The notes under the pieces: model-generated | What the model saw: only the letters and a program-made list of their open reading frames with translations | Told to the model about the DNA's origin: nothing | Databases searched by the model: none | Assembly (NCBI GenBank): GCA_943789065.1 | Contig: CALSSQ010000001.1 | Location: forward strand, 746,426 to 810,425 | Source of the DNA: an uncultured Candidatus Actinomarinales bacterium | GTDB lineage: Bacteria > Actinomycetota > Acidimicrobiia > Actinomarinales > Actinomarinaceae | Reading direction: 5' to 3' | Length of the DNA stretch: 64,000 nt | Position numbers and translations under genes: made by a program | Shown here: piece by piece, positions 10,089 to 23,830 of the stretch | Position numbering within the stretch: position 1 is the first letter of the stretch | Layout: each line of letters opens with the position of its first letter

Positions 10089-12187
10089 TAGACTTCAACC
10101 TCTACTCCACGAATACTCGCAGTTATCTCCTTAGTTATTGCGTCGGGGACGTCTTCATAACTATCAAACTGCATCGTAAATGTTGCACGGCCTTGAGTTC
10201 TTGAACGCAAATCAGTTGCGTACCCAAACATCTCTGATAATGGAACAGTAGCATTGATGACCTTTGCAGATCCTCTTTGTCCCATCTCAGCAATCTTTCC
10301 TCTTCTTGAGGATAGATCTCCGACAACATCTCCCATAAAATCTTCTGGTGTTACTACTTCTACTTCCATAACTGGTTCAAGTAGTTTAATCCCAGCTTTT
10401 TTAGCCCCATCTTTTAGCGCCATCGATCCAGCAATTTTAAATGCCATTTCCGAGGAGTCAACATCATGGTAGCTTCCATCAACTAATGTTGCCTTAATGT
10501 TTTCAAGTGGATAACCAGCTAAAACTCCAGATTCCATTGCTGCTTCAACCCCAGCATTTACAGATGGTATATATTCTCTTGGGATTCTTCCACTTTTAAT
10601 TAAGTCTACAAATTCGTAACCTTCTTTTATTGGCTCAAGTTCCATAACTACGTGGCCATACTGACCTCTACCACCACTTTGGCGAATGTATTTTGCTTCT
10701 ATCTTTACTTCTTTTTTAAGAGCCTCACGATATGCTACTTGTGGCTTGCCAATGTTAGCTTCAACTCTAAATTCTCTTTTTAATCTATCTACAAGAATAT
10801 CTAGGTGTAATTCACCCATTCCTGAAATGATTGTTTGACCAGTTTCTTCATCAGACTGGACTACGAATGTAGGGTCTTCCTCTGCTAGTTTTTGTAATCC
10901 CTCAGAAAGTTTTTCTTCATCTGCTCTAGATTTTGGTTCAATTGCAACAGAGATTACTGGTTCTGGGAATGTCATAGACTCTAACTGTATTGGATTTGAA
11001 GAGTCAGCAAGTGTATCTCCTGTTTTAGCATTTTTAAGTCCCACCCCTGCCACGATGTCTCCAGTGGAAATTGCATCAATATCTTCTCTACTATTTGAAT
11101 GCATTCTTAAAATTCGTCCTAGTCTTTCATCTTTACCAGTAGTTGTGTTTACAACTTTGTCACCTTTTTTAAGTGTCCCTGAATAAACTCTAAAGTATGT
11201 TAATTTTCCAACATGAGGGTCGCTCACAACCTTAAAAGCGAGAGCAGAAAATGGTTCTTCATCAGAGTGTTCTCTAACAATTTCATTCTCTTCATCTCCA
11301 GGTTTAAATCCGGTTGTAGGTTCAATGTCAAGAGGAGATGGAAGGTAGTCTATTACAGCATTAAGAAGTAACTGTACGCCTTTATTCTTAAATGCACTTC
11401 CCGCAAGAACTGGCACAAAAAGTCCTGCAAGTGTACCTTTTCTAATCGCTTTCTTAATTTCTTCTACGGTTAGTTCTTCCTCACCTAAATATTTTTCAAG
11501 AACATCATCATCTGCCTCAGCAATAACATCTAATAATTCTTGTCTTTTTTCATTTGCCTCAGCAAGCATGTCTTCGGCTATATCACTTATATCCCACTCG
11601 GATCCATCATCTTTCGACCAAGTGTGTGATTTCATTTCTACTAAATCGATTACACCAACAAAGTTTTCTTCAGCTCCAATAGGTATATGTAAAACTGCTG
11701 GTTTAGCTTCTAGTCTTTCAACGATTGATTGTACGTCAAAATCAAAGTCTGCACCTGTTCTATCTAGTTTATTAACAAAGCAAATTCTTGGAACGTTGTA
11801 TTTGTCTGCTTGTCTCCATACTGTTTCAGATTGAGGCTCTACTCCAGCTACTCCATCAAATACAGCGACTGCTCCATCTAAAACTCTAAGTGATCTTTCT
11901 ACCTCTACTGTGAAGTCAACGTGACCTGGTGTGTCAATAATATTAATTGTGTGACCTTCCCACTCACATGTGGTTGCAGCCGAGGTGATTGTAATACCTC
12001 TTTCCTGCTCTTGCTCCATCCAGTCCATAACTGCAGCTCCGTCATGAACTTCACCAATTTTGTATGTTTTACCGGTGTAGTACAAGACTCTTTCAGTAAG
12101 AGTTGTTTTTCCTGCATCAATATGAGCCATTATTCCAATGTTTCTAAGTTGTTTTAAATCTATTGCTCTCTCTGACATCTTTACCAC
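10088..12187 (-). CDS. fusA: Elongation factor G
   Basis: ORF track 699 aa; AHIDAGKTT GTPase motif, EF-G domain order. Confidence 0.97.
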   Translation of the reverse strand: MVKMSERAIDLKQLRNIGIMAHIDAGKTTLTERVLYYTGKTYKIGEVHDGAAVMDWMEQEQERGITITSAATTCEWEGHTINIIDTPGHVDFTVEVERSLRVLDGAVAVFDGVAGVEPQSETVWRQADKYNVPRICFVNKLDRTGADFDFDVQSIVERLEAKPAVLHIPIGAEENFVGVIDLVEMKSHTWSKDDGSEWDISDIAEDMLAEANEKRQELLDVIAEADDDVLEKYLGEEELTVEEIKKAIRKGTLAGLFVPVLAGSAFKNKGVQLLLNAVIDYLPSPLDIEPTTGFKPGDEENEIVREHSDEEPFSALAFKVVSDPHVGKLTYFRVYSGTLKKGDKVVNTTTGKDERLGRILRMHSNSREDIDAISTGDIVAGVGLKNAKTGDTLADSSNPIQLESMTFPEPVISVAIEPKSRADEEKLSEGLQKLAEEDPTFVVQSDEETGQTIISGMGELHLDILVDRLKREFRVEANIGKPQVAYREALKKEVKIEAKYIRQSGGRGQYGHVVMELEPIKEGYEFVDLIKSGRIPREYIPSVNAGVEAAMESGVLAGYPLENIKATLVDGSYHDVDSSEMAFKIAGSMALKDGAKKAGIKLLEPVMEVEVVTPEDFMGDVVGDLSSRRGKIAEMGQRGSAKVINATVPLSEMFGYATDLRSRTQGRATFTMQFDSYEDVPDAITKEITASIRGVEVEV

Positions 12188-12648
12188 CTATAGTGAGCAA
12201 AAGCTCTATTTGATTCGGCCATTTTGTGAACATCTTCCCTTTTCTTGACGGATGCTCCTGTATTTTTACTTGCATCAAGAATTTCTCTACCTAAACGTTC
12301 AGCCATTGTTTTTTCTCCTCTTTTTCTTGAGGCTGCAACCATCCACCTGATTGCTAGTGTTGTACTTCTTCTATGTGGGACTTCCATTGGTACTTGATAG
12401 TTAGTTCCACCAACTCGTCTTGATTTTGTTTCGACTTGGGGTTTTACATTTTCAAAAGCTTCTTTTAATACCGCTAGTGGGTCTCCACCGACTTGTTTTT
12501 CAACTAACTCAAGGGCACTGTAAACAATGTTCCTAGCTGTATCTTTTCTTCCATCTAATAAAATTTGATTTGTGAGTTGAGATACCAAAACACTGTTGAA
12601 TAAAGGGTCAGGTTCTGGTTTACGTTTAAGTGATGGTCCTCTTCTCAT
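12181..12648 (-). CDS. rpsG: 30S ribosomal protein S7
   Basis: ORF track 155 aa; str operon order. Confidence 0.95.
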   Translation of the reverse strand: MRRGPSLKRKPEPDPLFNSVLVSQLTNQILLDGRKDTARNIVYSALELVEKQVGGDPLAVLKEAFENVKPQVETKSRRVGGTNYQVPMEVPHRRSTTLAIRWMVAASRKRGEKTMAERLGREILDASKNTGASVKKREDVHKMAESNRAFAHYRW

Positions 12649-12650
12649 GA

Positions 12651-13019
12651 TTAACCTTTTTTACTTCCATATCTTGATCTAGCTTGTTTTCTGTCAGCTA
12701 CACCGGAAGTGTCTAATGCTCCTCTTATGACTTTATACCTCACACCAGGAAGGTCTTTAACTCTACCACCTCTTACTAATACAATTGAATGCTCTTGAAG
12801 GTTATGTCCTTCACCAGGTATGTAGGCTGTAACTTCTGTACCAGTAGATAATCTAACCCTGCACACTTTTCTTAAAGCAGAGTTTGGTTTCTTAGGTGTA
12901 ACTGTATACACACGAGTACAAACCCCTCTTCGTTGAGGTGAACCTTTTAGGCCAGGTGTCTTTTCTTTAGACACTTTAGACTTGCGTCCTTTTCTGACTA
13001 ACTGTTGCGTAGTAGGCAT
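12651..13019 (-). CDS. rpsL: 30S ribosomal protein S12
   Basis: ORF track 122 aa; [12 protein letters not shown] typical S12. Confidence 0.96.
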   Translation of the reverse strand: MPTTQQLVRKGRKSKVSKEKTPGLKGSPQRRGVCTRVYTVTPKKPNSALRKVCRVRLSTGTEVTAYIPGEGHNLQEHSIVLVRGGRVKDLPGVRYKVIRGALDTSGVADRKQARSRYGSKKG

Positions 13020-13109
13020 TAATTTTCCAATCTAAATAGTGTTATTGACTTACCGAGAAAGAAGTATATGAGAGTTTTGAACTTACAACAACCAAAAATT
13101 TATAAGTTT

Positions 13110-16100
13110 TTACTCTGTTTCTTCTTCTCCTTCTTCGCCTAGCATAGCTAGCCATTGTGCAGGATTTGGCAATGCATCTCCTTCAGTTTCTTCCGAATCT
13201 GATGATGCTTCCATGAATCCTAATGAAGAAACTTCAGGAGCATCTGGAAGTGAAGGTGTGAGCTTTTGATAAGCTTCAGAACCAGTTCCCGCAGGAATAA
13301 GTGTTCCGATAATCACATTCTCTTTAAGACCCGACAGAGCATCAGTACTTTTCTTCATTGCTGCTTCTGTTAGTACTCTTGTAGTTTCTTGGAAAGATGC
13401 CGCTGATAACCATGAGTCCGTTGCAAGGCTAGCTTTGGTGATACCCATAAGCTCTGGTCTTCCTTCAGCAGGTGTTTTTCCTTCTTTGACTAATGCTTGA
13501 TTAGTCTTTCTAAATAATGTTGAGTCAACTAGTTCGTTTGGTAAGTAATCAGAATCATTAGCACTAACAATTCTTACTCTTCTTAACATTTGTCGAACTA
13601 TCATTTCAACATGCTTGTCGTGAACTTCAACTCCCTGATCACGATAAGTTTTTTGTACTTCGTCAACTAGATACTCTTGGGTCGCACGCACACCATTAAT
13701 TTCTAGAACTTCCTTAGGTGCTTTTGGTCCAGTTGTTAAAGCATCTCCTGCTTCGACGGTATCTCCTTGATTAACTACTAAAGTTTGCCTTCTAAGTACT
13801 TCTACTTCAATATCTTCTTTTTCATTTTGGATAGTCACTACTCTTGTGCCCTCAGGTGTAGTGTCGATAGATTTAATTTTTCCATTTATTGATGACATAA
13901 CTGATTTACCTTTAGGATTTCTTGCCTCAAATAACTCAACAATTCTAGGTAAACCTGATGTAATATCTAAACCAACAACTCCCCCAGTGTGGAAAGTTCT
14001 CATTGTAAGCTGTGTTCCAGGTTCTCCAATAGACTGTGCAGAAATAATTCCTACAGCCTCTCCTACTTCAACTGGCTTACCAGTAGCTAAACTAAATCCA
14101 TAACACAGAGGGTCCATTGTTTCAGGATCCTGTGAGTTAAATGGTGATAAAATATTTACACTTTCAACACCACATTTAGATATTGCATCTAAAACTTCAG
14201 CATCAATATATGTACCTTTTGATAGTTTTTGGGAATTTCCAAATTCAACTACTTTTTTATCTTTTTTAATATCTTCAGCTAGCACTCTTCCATAAAGTTT
14301 TGAATGTAAGTATCTACTAACTTTGCCATCGGATTCAATAACTGTTTTTTTAGTACCTCTCCAGTCAATATTTTCGTCACCTTGATCTTTTACCACAATA
14401 CCAGCAGCAACATCCACTAGTCTTCTTGTGAGGTAACCTGAATCAGCAGTTCTTAGGGCTGTATCCGCAAGACCTTTTCTTGCACCGTGAGTAGATATGA
14501 AATATTCAAGAACTGACATTCCTTCTCTGAAGTTACTCTTAATAGGTCTTTCTATAATGTCACCTTTTGGATTGGCAACCAAACCTCTCATACCTGCAAG
14601 CTGTCTTACCTGCATCATATTTCCTCTTGCTCCAGATTTAACCATCATGTCAACGGGATTAAATTCATCTGCTTCTAAAGCCCGACTCATTGCATACTGA
14701 ATCTCATCTGTAGCTTTTGTCCAAATCTCAATAATGGCTTTTTTTCTTTCATCTTCTGTAATTACGCCACTGTTGAATTGATTTTCCACTTTCTCAGCAT
14801 CACTCTCGTGCTTCTCTAGGATTGTACTTTTTTCTGGTGGTGTTTTTACATCTGTCATAGCTACACTCAAACCAGCTTTAGCACCGTATTTAAATCCAAC
14901 ATCTTTCATTGCATCTAAGAATTCTCTTAACTCTGCTTTGTTATATCTTTCAATGACTTCAGATATAATTCTCTTCATTTCATTTTTACGAACTTTAGCT
15001 TGTATGAATGGAAAGTCTTCTGGAAGTACTGAGTTGAAGTAAACCCTTCCAAGAGTTGTATTTAATAATGCTGAACCATCTACTGGACTTTCAGTGATTA
15101 AATCAGCAAATCTATTTTTAATTTCTCCGTGCATTGTCGCATCACCAGCAATTTCTCCAACTCTTAATCTAATTGGAGTTTGAAGACCAATATGTCCTGC
15201 TTCATATGCTTGTTCTGCTTCATTAACGTCAACAAATGCCATCTTTGCATCTTCAAGTTTTTCATAGCACTCAGTTATGTAATAGAGACCAATAACCATG
15301 TCTTGGCTGGGTGAGACAATTGGGTTTCCACTTGCAGGTGACAATACATTGTTTGTCGCAAGCATCAATACTCTTGCTTCAGCCTGAGCCTCGGCAGATA
15401 ATGGAACATGTACTGCCATTTGATCACCATCAAAGTCAGCGTTAAAAGCTTCACAAACTAATGGATGTACTTGAATAGCTTTACCTTCTACTAAAATTGG
15501 CTCAAATGCCTGTATGCCTAATCTATGTAAAGTAGGTGCTCTGTTTAAAAGGACTGGATGTTCTTCTATAACTTCAGCTAATACATCCCATACTTGGGCT
15601 CTTGATCTCTCAACCATTCTTTTAGCTGATTTAATATTTTGCGCTAAACCTAATTCAACAAGTCTTTTCATAACGAATGGTTTAAAAAGTTCTAAAGCCA
15701 TCATTTTAGGTAGTCCGCATTGCTGAAGTTGCAAATGTGGTCCTACAACAATTACTGAACGAGCGGAATAGTCAACTCTCTTACCTAAAAGGTTTTGACG
15801 GAATCTTCCTTGCTTACCTTTTAACATGTCTGATAAAGATTTAAGTCCACGACCACCAGCACCTGCAACAGCTCTTCCTCTTCTACCATTGTCAAAAAGT
15901 GCATCTACTGATTCTTGTAACATTCTTTTTTCGTTACTAATTATTATGTCTGGTGCTCCAAGTTCAATTAATTTTTTTAACCTGTTGTTTCTGTTAATTA
16001 ATCTTCTGTATAAATCATTTAAATCTGAAGTAGCAAAACGACCACCATCAAGTTGTACCATAGGTCTCAATTCAGGAGGAATTACTGGAACAATCTCCAA

Positions 16101-17033
16101 TATCATTGCTTCAGGTGGATTTTTTCCATCAGCAAATGGCTTGATAACTTTCATTCTTTGAATTGCTCGTTGTCTTCTTTGAGCAGATTTGGAATCTAAG
16201 TCCGATTTTAATTTTTCCATCTCAGCTTTTAAGTCAACTAGTTTAACTAATTCTCTTACAGCTTCAGCACCCATACCACCAGTGAAATATTCATCATACT
16301 TATCAATCATTTCACGCCACAAGGTGTCGTCTTCAATAATGTCTTTTGGTTTAAGAGTTTTTAATCTTGAGAAAGCATTCTTGATTACTTCGATTTCATC
16401 ATCAGATTTTTTCTTTTTACCTTTAATCTCTTTTTCAATATCTTTCTTTCGCTCTTGGACTTCAGCTTCTGGGACTTTTCCATTTTCCATAGCCTTAATC
16501 TCTAGCTTCATTTGCTTAATTCTTTTTGATTCCCATTCTTGATGATCTTCATCTACGATCTCACATTCAGCAACAACTGCTTCTTCGAGCTCACTTAAAT
16601 CTTTAGTTCGTTTTTTTTCATCGATAGAAACAACTAGATATGCTGCAAAGTAAATAATTTTTTCGAGTTCTTTAGGAGACATATCTAGGAAATAACCCAA
16701 CCTACTTGGAACACCTTTGAAGTACCAAATATGAGTCACTGGGGCGGCTAGTTCAATGTGACCCATTCTTTCACGTCTAACTTCTCGCCTTGTAACTTCT
16801 ACGCCACATCTTTCACAGACAATTCCTCTGTAACGAATTCTCTTGTATCTTCCACAAGAGCATTCCCAATCTTTTGTTGGTCCGAAGATTCTTTCATCAA
16901 AAAGCCCATCTTTTTCAGGTTTCAAAGTTCTGTAATTAATAGTCTCTGGTTTTTTAACTTCACCAAATGACCAACTTCTCATTTGGTCAGAAGTAGCGAG
17001 GCTAATACTTAATTCATCAAATACTTTTTCCAT
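13110..17033 (-). CDS. rpoC: DNA-directed RNA polymerase subunit beta'
   Basis: ORF track 1307 aa; NADFDGD catalytic motif, zinc-binding Cys cluster near N-terminus. Confidence 0.97.
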   Translation of the reverse strand: MEKVFDELSISLATSDQMRSWSFGEVKKPETINYRTLKPEKDGLFDERIFGPTKDWECSCGRYKRIRYRGIVCERCGVEVTRREVRRERMGHIELAAPVTHIWYFKGVPSRLGYFLDMSPKELEKIIYFAAYLVVSIDEKKRTKDLSELEEAVVAECEIVDEDHQEWESKRIKQMKLEIKAMENGKVPEAEVQERKKDIEKEIKGKKKKSDDEIEVIKNAFSRLKTLKPKDIIEDDTLWREMIDKYDEYFTGGMGAEAVRELVKLVDLKAEMEKLKSDLDSKSAQRRQRAIQRMKVIKPFADGKNPPEAMILEIVPVIPPELRPMVQLDGGRFATSDLNDLYRRLINRNNRLKKLIELGAPDIIISNEKRMLQESVDALFDNGRRGRAVAGAGGRGLKSLSDMLKGKQGRFRQNLLGKRVDYSARSVIVVGPHLQLQQCGLPKMMALELFKPFVMKRLVELGLAQNIKSAKRMVERSRAQVWDVLAEVIEEHPVLLNRAPTLHRLGIQAFEPILVEGKAIQVHPLVCEAFNADFDGDQMAVHVPLSAEAQAEARVLMLATNNVLSPASGNPIVSPSQDMVIGLYYITECYEKLEDAKMAFVDVNEAEQAYEAGHIGLQTPIRLRVGEIAGDATMHGEIKNRFADLITESPVDGSALLNTTLGRVYFNSVLPEDFPFIQAKVRKNEMKRIISEVIERYNKAELREFLDAMKDVGFKYGAKAGLSVAMTDVKTPPEKSTILEKHESDAEKVENQFNSGVITEDERKKAIIEIWTKATDEIQYAMSRALEADEFNPVDMMVKSGARGNMMQVRQLAGMRGLVANPKGDIIERPIKSNFREGMSVLEYFISTHGARKGLADTALRTADSGYLTRRLVDVAAGIVVKDQGDENIDWRGTKKTVIESDGKVSRYLHSKLYGRVLAEDIKKDKKVVEFGNSQKLSKGTYIDAEVLDAISKCGVESVNILSPFNSQDPETMDPLCYGFSLATGKPVEVGEAVGIISAQSIGEPGTQLTMRTFHTGGVVGLDITSGLPRIVELFEARNPKGKSVMSSINGKIKSIDTTPEGTRVVTIQNEKEDIEVEVLRRQTLVVNQGDTVEAGDALTTGPKAPKEVLEINGVRATQEYLVDEVQKTYRDQGVEVHDKHVEMIVRQMLRRVRIVSANDSDYLPNELVDSTLFRKTNQALVKEGKTPAEGRPELMGITKASLATDSWLSAASFQETTRVLTEAAMKKSTDALSGLKENVIIGTLIPAGTGSEAYQKLTPSLPDAPEVSSLGFMEASSDSEETEGDALPNPAQWLAMLGEEGEEETE

Positions 17034-17038
17034 AATTC

Positions 17039-20000
17039 CTATAACTCCGGTTCATCTTGTTCTGGTTTCGACATATCAATTCCAAGCGTTTCTGCGGTCT
17101 TGACGTATTCATCGCTAATTTCTTTCATTGAAATTTCTTCACCAGCTGATAAAATTTCTACGTTTAAACACAAACTTTGCATTTCTTTTAATAAAACCTT
17201 AAAAGACTCTGGTATTCCTGGTTCAGGAATATTGTCACCCTTAACAATTGACTCGTATACCTTAACTCTTCCAACAGTGTCGTCAGATTTAATTGTAAGA
17301 AGTTCTTGCAATGCGTAACTAGCACCATATGCTTCTAGAGCCCAAACTTCCATTTCTCCAAATCTTTGGCCACCAAATTGTGCTTTACCACCGAGAGGTT
17401 GTTGTGTAATCATTGAATAAGGACCCGTTGACCTTGCGTGTATCTTTTCATCTACCAAGTGAATTAGTTTCAATATATATGTGTACCCAACAGTGATTTT
17501 TGAATCAAAGGCTTCTCCGGTGCGACCATCATATAATGTGGTTTTTCCATCAGTGTTAACCATTTGTATTCCATCTCTATTTTCATTTACATTTTCAAGT
17601 ATTTTGTGGATTTCATCTTCATCAGCTCCATCAAATACAGGAGTGCTTATTAATGTTCCTGGTTTTGCTCCTTTGGAGGCAAGAGTATCACCTTTATATT
17701 CTCCCCAACCTTGATCTGCTGCCCAACCTAAGTGAGTTTCTAATACTTGTCCTAAATTCATACGACTTGGTACACCTAATGGAGATAATAGAATGTCTAC
17801 TGGAGTTCCATCTTCCATAAATGGCATGTCTTCAATAGCATTTATTTTTGAAATAACACCTTTGTTACCATGTCTTCCAGAAAGCTTGTCTCCAACTTGA
17901 ATTTTTCTTTGGATAGCTACGTAAACTCGTACTTTTTTGTTTACTCCTGGTGGAAGATCTTCTCCATTTTCTCTATCGAGAATTTGCACATCAATAACTT
18001 TTCCTTTTTGTCCGTGAGGAACCCTAAGAGAGGTGTCTCTTACTTCTCTTGCTTTCTCACCAAAAATAGCTCTTAATAGTCTTTCTTCTGGAGTAAGTTC
18101 TGTTTCACCTTTTGGTGTGACTTTGCCAACCAAATAATCTCCCGGTGTGACTTCAGCACCTATTCTTACAATTCCCATTTCATCTAAATCCATTAACACT
18201 TCTTCTGCAACATTAGGAATATCTCGAGTGATTTCTTCTTCTCCTAATTTTGTATCACGAGCTTCTACTTCATGTTCTGCGATATGGACAGATGTTAAAA
18301 CATCTTCTTTTACTAATCTTTCTGATATAACAATTGAGTCTTCAAAGTTGTAACCATCCCACGGCATGTAAGCAACTAAGAGGTTCTTACCTAAAGCAAG
18401 CTCCCCTCCCTGGGTGCTAGGTCCATCTGCCAAGACATCACCAGGTTTAACTTTAGTTCCAACCTTTACAAGTGGTTTTTGATTTGCAGAGGTCGCTTGG
18501 TTAGATCTCTTAAACTTTTGAACTTCAAATGTATGTTTTTTATTAGTTTCTTTCTCTTTAAGGACTATCTCATCTCCGGAGACATTGACGACCTCTCCTG
18601 AAACAGGTGAAATTAGAGCTTCACCAGAATCTCTGGCAACATTCTCTTCCATTCCCGTACCAACATATGGAGCTTCAGTTTTTACAAGTGGAACAGCTTG
18701 TCTTTGCATGTTAGAACCCATAAGTGCTCTGTTAGCATCATCATGTTCTAAAAATGGAATTAAAGCTGTTGTGACAGAACAAATCTGTTTTGGACTTACG
18801 TCCATGTAATCAATTTCTTTATCTGAAACGAAGGCAACTTCACCATCTGTTTTTCTGCATAAAACACGTTTATTTTTGAATGTACCATCATCGTTAAGTG
18901 GAGCGTTAGCTTGTGCAATAGTTACATCATTTTCGTCATGAGCAGTAAGATAAACTTCTTTGTTTGTCTTCACAACACCATTCTCTACTTTCCAGTATGG
19001 AGTCTCGATGAAACCAAAATCATTGATTCTTCCGTAAGTAGCTAATGTTCCAATTAATCCAATGTTTGGACCTTCTGGAGTTTCGATAGGACACATTCTT
19101 CCATAATGGGAAGGGTGAACGTCCCTAACTTCGAAACCGGCTCTTTCTCTTGAGAGACCACCTGGTCCTAAGGCTGAGAGCCTCCTTCTATGAGTTAATG
19201 CTGCAATTGGGTTAGGTTGATCCATAAACTGGCTCAACTGACTTGTACCAAAAAATTCTTTAAGTGCTGCTTGAATAGGTCTGATGTTGATAAGTGATTG
19301 TGGCTTTATCGCATCCGGTTCTTGAGTTGTCATTCTTTCTCTTACAACTCTTTCAAGTCTGCTCAATCCTACTCTTACCTGATTTTGAACAAGTTCCCCA
19401 ACAGTTCTTATTCTTCTGTTAGAAAAGTGATCAATATCATCGAGTCTTACTTTTATATCTTTACCAAGATTGTTAGTCATAGTTTCTTCTTTTGCATGAA
19501 GGGCTATAACATATTTGATTGAGTCTATCATGTCATCGATCCTCAACATTCCATCAACCTCTGTTGTGTATTGTTTTTGATCTTTTTCGCTATAATCTCT
19601 ACCTAATTTTTGCTCTACTTTATATCTACCGACTTTTGATAAATCATATCTTTTTTCGGTATAGAACATTTGCTTAATCAAGTTTCTTGCTGATTCAACT
19701 GTTGCCGGTTCACCGGGACGTAGTTTTCTATATAAGTCTATTAAGGCTGCCTCTGGTGAAGGATCTGGATCTCTTTCAATTGTATTTTGGATTGAAGGAA
19801 AGTCTCCAAAAATGTTAATTGCATCTTCTTTTGTCTCAATTTTATATTTCTCCCATTGAGTTGGATCCACAGCGTAAAGTGCTCTTAAAAATGCTGTAAT
19901 GTGCTGTCTTCTTTTTCTATCAACACGTACACCAATTGTATCTCTCTTGTCTGTGTCAAATTCTAACCATGCACCTCTACCAGGAATCATTTTTCCAATA

Positions 20001-20458
20001 TAAATATCTTTATCTGAAGTCTTATCAATTTCTTTTGAAAAATATACACCAGGAGAACGTACAAGTTGGCTAACTATGACTCTCTCTGTCCCATTGATGA
20101 CGAAAGAACCTGTATCGGTCATGATTGGGAAATCTCCAAGAAATACGGTTTCTCTTTTTTGCTGATAAGTTTCAGCATCTGTAAATTCAGCAATTACATA
20201 TAAAGGTTGAGAATATGTAGAGTCTGTTATCTTACATTCTTCTAAACTTTTCATTGGTGGTTCAAAAAAGTGTTCTAGGAACTCTAGTTTGAAACGTCCT
20301 GAAAAGTCTTTAATAGGTGAGATTTCATTAAGAATCTCGGACAGACCTTCGTCTAGAAACTTTTTAAATGAATCTTTTTGTATATTTAATAAATCTGGAA
20401 TCTCCAAACCTTTGGTTCTTGCAAACGAAAGTCTAGAATTCTGAACAGCGGACAACAA
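17039..20458 (-). CDS. rpoB: DNA-directed RNA polymerase subunit beta (start codon uncertain)
   Basis: ORF track 1139 aa; conserved RpoB sequence; the track start is a TTG only 1 nt after a GAGGAGG motif. Confidence 0.96.
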   Translation of the reverse strand: MLSAVQNSRLSFARTKGLEIPDLLNIQKDSFKKFLDEGLSEILNEISPIKDFSGRFKLEFLEHFFEPPMKSLEECKITDSTYSQPLYVIAEFTDAETYQQKRETVFLGDFPIMTDTGSFVINGTERVIVSQLVRSPGVYFSKEIDKTSDKDIYIGKMIPGRGAWLEFDTDKRDTIGVRVDRKRRQHITAFLRALYAVDPTQWEKYKIETKEDAINIFGDFPSIQNTIERDPDPSPEAALIDLYRKLRPGEPATVESARNLIKQMFYTEKRYDLSKVGRYKVEQKLGRDYSEKDQKQYTTEVDGMLRIDDMIDSIKYVIALHAKEETMTNNLGKDIKVRLDDIDHFSNRRIRTVGELVQNQVRVGLSRLERVVRERMTTQEPDAIKPQSLINIRPIQAALKEFFGTSQLSQFMDQPNPIAALTHRRRLSALGPGGLSRERAGFEVRDVHPSHYGRMCPIETPEGPNIGLIGTLATYGRINDFGFIETPYWKVENGVVKTNKEVYLTAHDENDVTIAQANAPLNDDGTFKNKRVLCRKTDGEVAFVSDKEIDYMDVSPKQICSVTTALIPFLEHDDANRALMGSNMQRQAVPLVKTEAPYVGTGMEENVARDSGEALISPVSGEVVNVSGDEIVLKEKETNKKHTFEVQKFKRSNQATSANQKPLVKVGTKVKPGDVLADGPSTQGGELALGKNLLVAYMPWDGYNFEDSIVISERLVKEDVLTSVHIAEHEVEARDTKLGEEEITRDIPNVAEEVLMDLDEMGIVRIGAEVTPGDYLVGKVTPKGETELTPEERLLRAIFGEKAREVRDTSLRVPHGQKGKVIDVQILDRENGEDLPPGVNKKVRVYVAIQRKIQVGDKLSGRHGNKGVISKINAIEDMPFMEDGTPVDILLSPLGVPSRMNLGQVLETHLGWAADQGWGEYKGDTLASKGAKPGTLISTPVFDGADEDEIHKILENVNENRDGIQMVNTDGKTTLYDGRTGEAFDSKITVGYTYILKLIHLVDEKIHARSTGPYSMITQQPLGGKAQFGGQRFGEMEVWALEAYGASYALQELLTIKSDDTVGRVKVYESIVKGDNIPEPGIPESFKVLLKEMQSLCLNVEILSAGEEISMKEISDEYVKTAETLGIDMSKPEQDEPEL

Positions 20459-20538
20459 GCCTCCTCAAAAATAAAATACGATAACCCGAAGGGTAAAGTA
20501 TATAAGTACTTCTTATTTAAGCAAACAAATAATGTTAA

Positions 20539-20919
20539 TTATTTGAGTTCTACGGTAGCGCCAGCACCTTCAAGAGCTTCTTTTGCTTTATCAGCATCTT
20601 CTTTTGAAGCACCTTTAAGTATGTCAGATGGAGCACCATCAACGAGTTCTTTGGCTTCTTTCAAACCAAGACTAGTTAGTCCTCTTACTTCTTTAATAAC
20701 TTGTATTTTCTGTCCGCCAGCTTCTGTTAGAACAACATCAAAAGAATCTTTAGCTTCTTCTGATCCGCCATCTCCACCTGCTGGAGCTGCTGCCACAGCT
20801 ACCGGAGCTGCTGCAGTAACATCAAACTTCTCTTCAAATGAGTCTAAGAATTCTTTCAATTCTAAAACTGACATTTCTTCAAAGACAGATAACAACTCTT
20901 CTGTTGTCATTTTTGCCAT
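20539..20919 (-). CDS. rplL: 50S ribosomal protein L7/L12
   Basis: ORF track 126 aa; Ala-rich hinge, C-terminal [11 protein letters not shown] motif. Confidence 0.95.
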   Translation of the reverse strand: MAKMTTEELLSVFEEMSVLELKEFLDSFEEKFDVTAAAPVAVAAAPAGGDGGSEEAKDSFDVVLTEAGGQKIQVIKEVRGLTSLGLKEAKELVDGAPSDILKGASKEDADKAKEALEGAGATVELK

Positions 20920-20921
20920 TG

Positions 20922-21518
20922 TTATTCCTCCTCTTTAATTACATCCTCTGAATCTTCTTTAGAAGAATCAGATTCTTTCGCTTCTGAACTTGTTTCTGGA
21001 TTTGCTTCTTTCATATCAAGCAATGCTTTAAAAGCATACCCAGATTTGCTTAATACTCCTTTTAGACCTAATGCCATTTTCGTCAAAGGTGAATTGAATC
21101 CTCCTGCAATCTTGGCTAAGAGAACGTCTCTAGTTTCTATAGATGCAAGAATGTTAATTTGATCAATTGTTAATGGCTCAGACTCCATTAATCCACCCTT
21201 AACAACAAATGAATCATAGTCTTTGGAAAATTGTTTAAGTACTTTGGCGGCCTCAACCGGGTCGGACTCTATAACGGCAACTCCAGTAGGACCAGCAAAA
21301 TGTTCTAGTATAGATTCATATCCGATATTCTCAGCAGCTCTTTTAGCGAGAGACATTTTCACTACATTAAAAGTTGCGCCTGCATTTTTTAGTTCTCTTC
21401 TAAGTTTTGTTTGTTCAGTTACAGTCAATCCACGGTATTCAGCTAAAACTAATGCGTTTGCAGAACTGAATAGCTCTTCTAGCTCTTTTACTTTATCTGC
21501 TTTATCTTGTCTAACCAT
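20922..21518 (-). CDS. rplJ: 50S ribosomal protein L10 (start placed at internal Met; acidic C-terminal tail)
   Basis: ORF track 205 aa; [10 protein letters not shown] matches L10 N-terminus; upstream of rplL. Confidence 0.88.
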   Translation of the reverse strand: MVRQDKADKVKELEELFSSANALVLAEYRGLTVTEQTKLRRELKNAGATFNVVKMSLAKRAAENIGYESILEHFAGPTGVAVIESDPVEAAKVLKQFSKDYDSFVVKGGLMESEPLTIDQINILASIETRDVLLAKIAGGFNSPLTKMALGLKGVLSKSGYAFKALLDMKEANPETSSEAKESDSSKEDSEDVIKEEE

Positions 21519-21647
21519 AAAAAAATCCTTGCAAACCAAGGACTAGGCAATTTACCTGCGATAGATGTTTAAAGTTTCCTACTATCGGTCTTTGGTTTAA
21601 GTTGTATCTAAACAATATAGCTCAATTGAATTTATCAGCAAATAAAT

Positions 21648-22334
21648 TTATAGATTAATATCTACGCTAACTGACGGCCCCATTGTAGAGGATATATGCA
21701 TTGACTTAATGTACTCTCCCTTTGAGGAGGCAGGTTTAGCTCTGGTAATTACAGCAATAACTTCTTCGAGATTTGATTTTAAATCTTCTGCAGTAAAAGA
21801 TACTTTTCCGATAGATAGATGAACATTCCCCAGTTTGTCATTTTTAATTTCGACTTTTCCTTTTTTAAAATCTTCAACGGCTTTTGCAACATTTGGAGTT
21901 ACAGTTCCTGTTTTAGGATTCGGCATTAGGCCCTTAGGACCTAAGATTTTTCCAAGTTGTCCAACGTCAGCCATCATTTCTGGTGTTGAAATAACTAGAT
22001 CTACATCAAGTTTTTCTTCTGAGGCAACCTTTGTAGCTAACTCTTTACCTCCTACAATATCTGCACCAGCATTCTCAGCTTCGGTTAAAGCTTCTCCACC
22101 GGCAAATACAGCAATTTTAATACTTTTACCATTTCCATGAGGTAATGAAACCGTAGTTCTTATATTTTCTTCCACAGCTTTTGTATCAATTCCTAATGAA
22201 AAAACTGCATCTATAGATTCGTCAAAATTTGCAGTTGAGTTTTCTTTACAGATCGTAAGGGCATCTAATAGGCTCTGTTTCGATTCAGGCATATTTTTTT
22301 TCACTTCGTTGTATTTTTTACCGTATTTTTTCAT
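21648..22334 (-). CDS. rplA: 50S ribosomal protein L1
   Basis: ORF track 228 aa; L11-L1 operon position. Confidence 0.93.
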   Translation of the reverse strand: MKKYGKKYNEVKKNMPESKQSLLDALTICKENSTANFDESIDAVFSLGIDTKAVEENIRTTVSLPHGNGKSIKIAVFAGGEALTEAENAGADIVGGKELATKVASEEKLDVDLVISTPEMMADVGQLGKILGPKGLMPNPKTGTVTPNVAKAVEDFKKGKVEIKNDKLGNVHLSIGKVSFTAEDLKSNLEEVIAVITRAKPASSKGEYIKSMHISSTMGPSVSVDINL

Positions 22335-22380
22335 ATTTCTCCTTTTGGTTCAAACGACCTAAGTCTCCCAAATATATTTT

Positions 22381-22806
22381 TTAACTTTCTACTGTAACGC
22401 CCATTGATCTAGCAGTACCAGCAATAATATTTATTGCCATATCTATATCATTAGCATTTAAATCTACCATTTTTGCTTCAGCAATATTTTTAAGTTGGTC
22501 TCTAGTTATAGATGCTACTTTCACTTTGTGTGGTTCAGCTGAACCAGACTCAAGTCCAATAGCCTTTTTAATTAAATATGATGCTGGAGCTGTTTTTGTT
22601 TCAAAGGTAAATGAATTATCTTCAAATATTGTAATCTCAACAGGGACTGTTTCACCTTGTCTACTTGAAGTATCATTATTAAAAGCTTGGACAAAGTCCA
22701 TAATGTTTACTCCATATTGTCCCAATGCTGAACCAACAGGTGGTGCTGGTGTAGCTCCCCCTCCAGGAATTTGTAGTTTTAATTTCGCTTTTACTTCTTT
22801 AGCCAT
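22381..22806 (-). CDS. rplK: 50S ribosomal protein L11
   Basis: ORF track 141 aa; [17 protein letters not shown]-type L11 motif. Confidence 0.95.
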   Translation of the reverse strand: MAKEVKAKLKLQIPGGGATPAPPVGSALGQYGVNIMDFVQAFNNDTSSRQGETVPVEITIFEDNSFTFETKTAPASYLIKKAIGLESGSAEPHKVKVASITRDQLKNIAEAKMVDLNANDIDMAINIIAGTARSMGVTVES

Positions 22807-22816
22807 TTTTTATCCC

Positions 22817-23431
22817 TTAATTCTTAACAATATCTGTGAAACCCAGTTCAACTGGAGTTTCACGTCCAAATATGTTAACTAATACTGTAACTTTTGATTG
22901 ATCTAAGTTAATTTCTTCAATTATTCCATTAAAGTCAGCAAAAGGTCCTGTTGTAACTCTCACAGTTTCTGCAACTTCAAAATCTGGTTTGAATTTTGGT
23001 GACTCTTTTTTAACTTCAACTTCTTCATTAGATCCTAGAATTCTTTCAATTTCTCGTCTAGATAATGAAACTGGTAACTTGCCGGATCCAACAAAACCTA
23101 TAATCGATGGTGTATTACGAATTTCGTACCATGTAGTGTCATCTAAGTCCATTCTTACTAATACATATCCTGGAAATGTCTTCTTCTCTACATTAACTTT
23201 TTTACCATTTCTTATTTCTACTACTTCGTCAGTGGGAATAACCACGTCATAAACTTTATCGTCTAAATGTAAGTTTTTAATACGAGTAAGTATGTTTGTT
23301 CGAACCTTCTTTTCATGTCCGGATTGAGCATTCAAAACAAACCATTCCCCTGGAAGATCATATGGGTGCAGATTTGCACTAAAATCTTCTAAGACTTCTT
23401 CAGTCTCTTCAACTAAAATTTCATCATTCAT
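22817..23431 (-). CDS. nusG: Transcription termination/antitermination factor NusG
   Basis: ORF track 204 aa; NGN domain plus C-terminal KOW; between secE and rplK. Confidence 0.92.
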   Translation of the reverse strand: MNDEILVEETEEVLEDFSANLHPYDLPGEWFVLNAQSGHEKKVRTNILTRIKNLHLDDKVYDVVIPTDEVVEIRNGKKVNVEKKTFPGYVLVRMDLDDTTWYEIRNTPSIIGFVGSGKLPVSLSRREIERILGSNEEVEVKKESPKFKPDFEVAETVRVTTGPFADFNGIIEEINLDQSKVTVLVNIFGRETPVELGFTDIVKN

Positions 23432-23436
23432 TATTT

Positions 23437-23739
23437 CTATCCTCCAGAAGATAACAGGCTAATCAAAGTATTTTTAAAACCAAAGTCCATTCCGAAAATT
23501 AATAACGTCATCGAAATAATAGTTACTATTGTTACGACGGTAAATGTAGTCAAGGTATCAACAGTTGGCCAATTTACTCTTTTTAATTCAGTTCTGACTT
23601 CACCAAGGTAAATAGAGATTCTTTTGAATCTAGAAACCTTTTCCTCATTACTAAACTTGCCGACATTTCTGTCTGCTTTTTTTGCCAGGCGTTCTTCACG
23701 CTCTGACATTCTTCTCATTTCTCTATTCATTTCATTCAT
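23437..23739 (-). CDS. secE: Preprotein translocase subunit SecE
   Basis: ORF track 100 aa; C-terminal TM helix; tRNA-Trp-secE-nusG synteny. Confidence 0.85.
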   Translation of the reverse strand: MNEMNREMRRMSEREERLAKKADRNVGKFSNEEKVSRFKRISIYLGEVRTELKRVNWPTVDTLTTFTVVTIVTIISMTLLIFGMDFGFKNTLISLLSSGG

Positions 23740-23752
23740 AATTTACCTCTTG

Positions 23753-23826
23753 CAGGGGCGGTGAGACTCGAACTCACAACCTCAGGTTTTGGAGACCCGC
23801 GCTCTGCCAATTAGAGCTACACCCCT
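23753..23826 (-). tRNA. tRNA-Trp (anticodon CCA)
   Basis: Hand-folded cloverleaf: acceptor AGGGGTG/CGCCCCT, D arm GCTC...GAGC, anticodon stem CGGGT/ACCTG with loop CTCCAAA, T arm GTGAG-TTCGAGT-CTCAC. Confidence 0.85.
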
Positions 23827-23830
23827 AAGT

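Noticed and set aside
10135-10329. Same-strand alternative-frame ORFs nested inside large genes (also 11905-12120, 27318-27503, 36218-36403, 51065-51349, 54497-54733, 56425-56613, 60935-61144, 61679-61888)
   Set aside because: Each lies wholly inside a well-supported conserved CDS in another frame; no independent evidence of coding.
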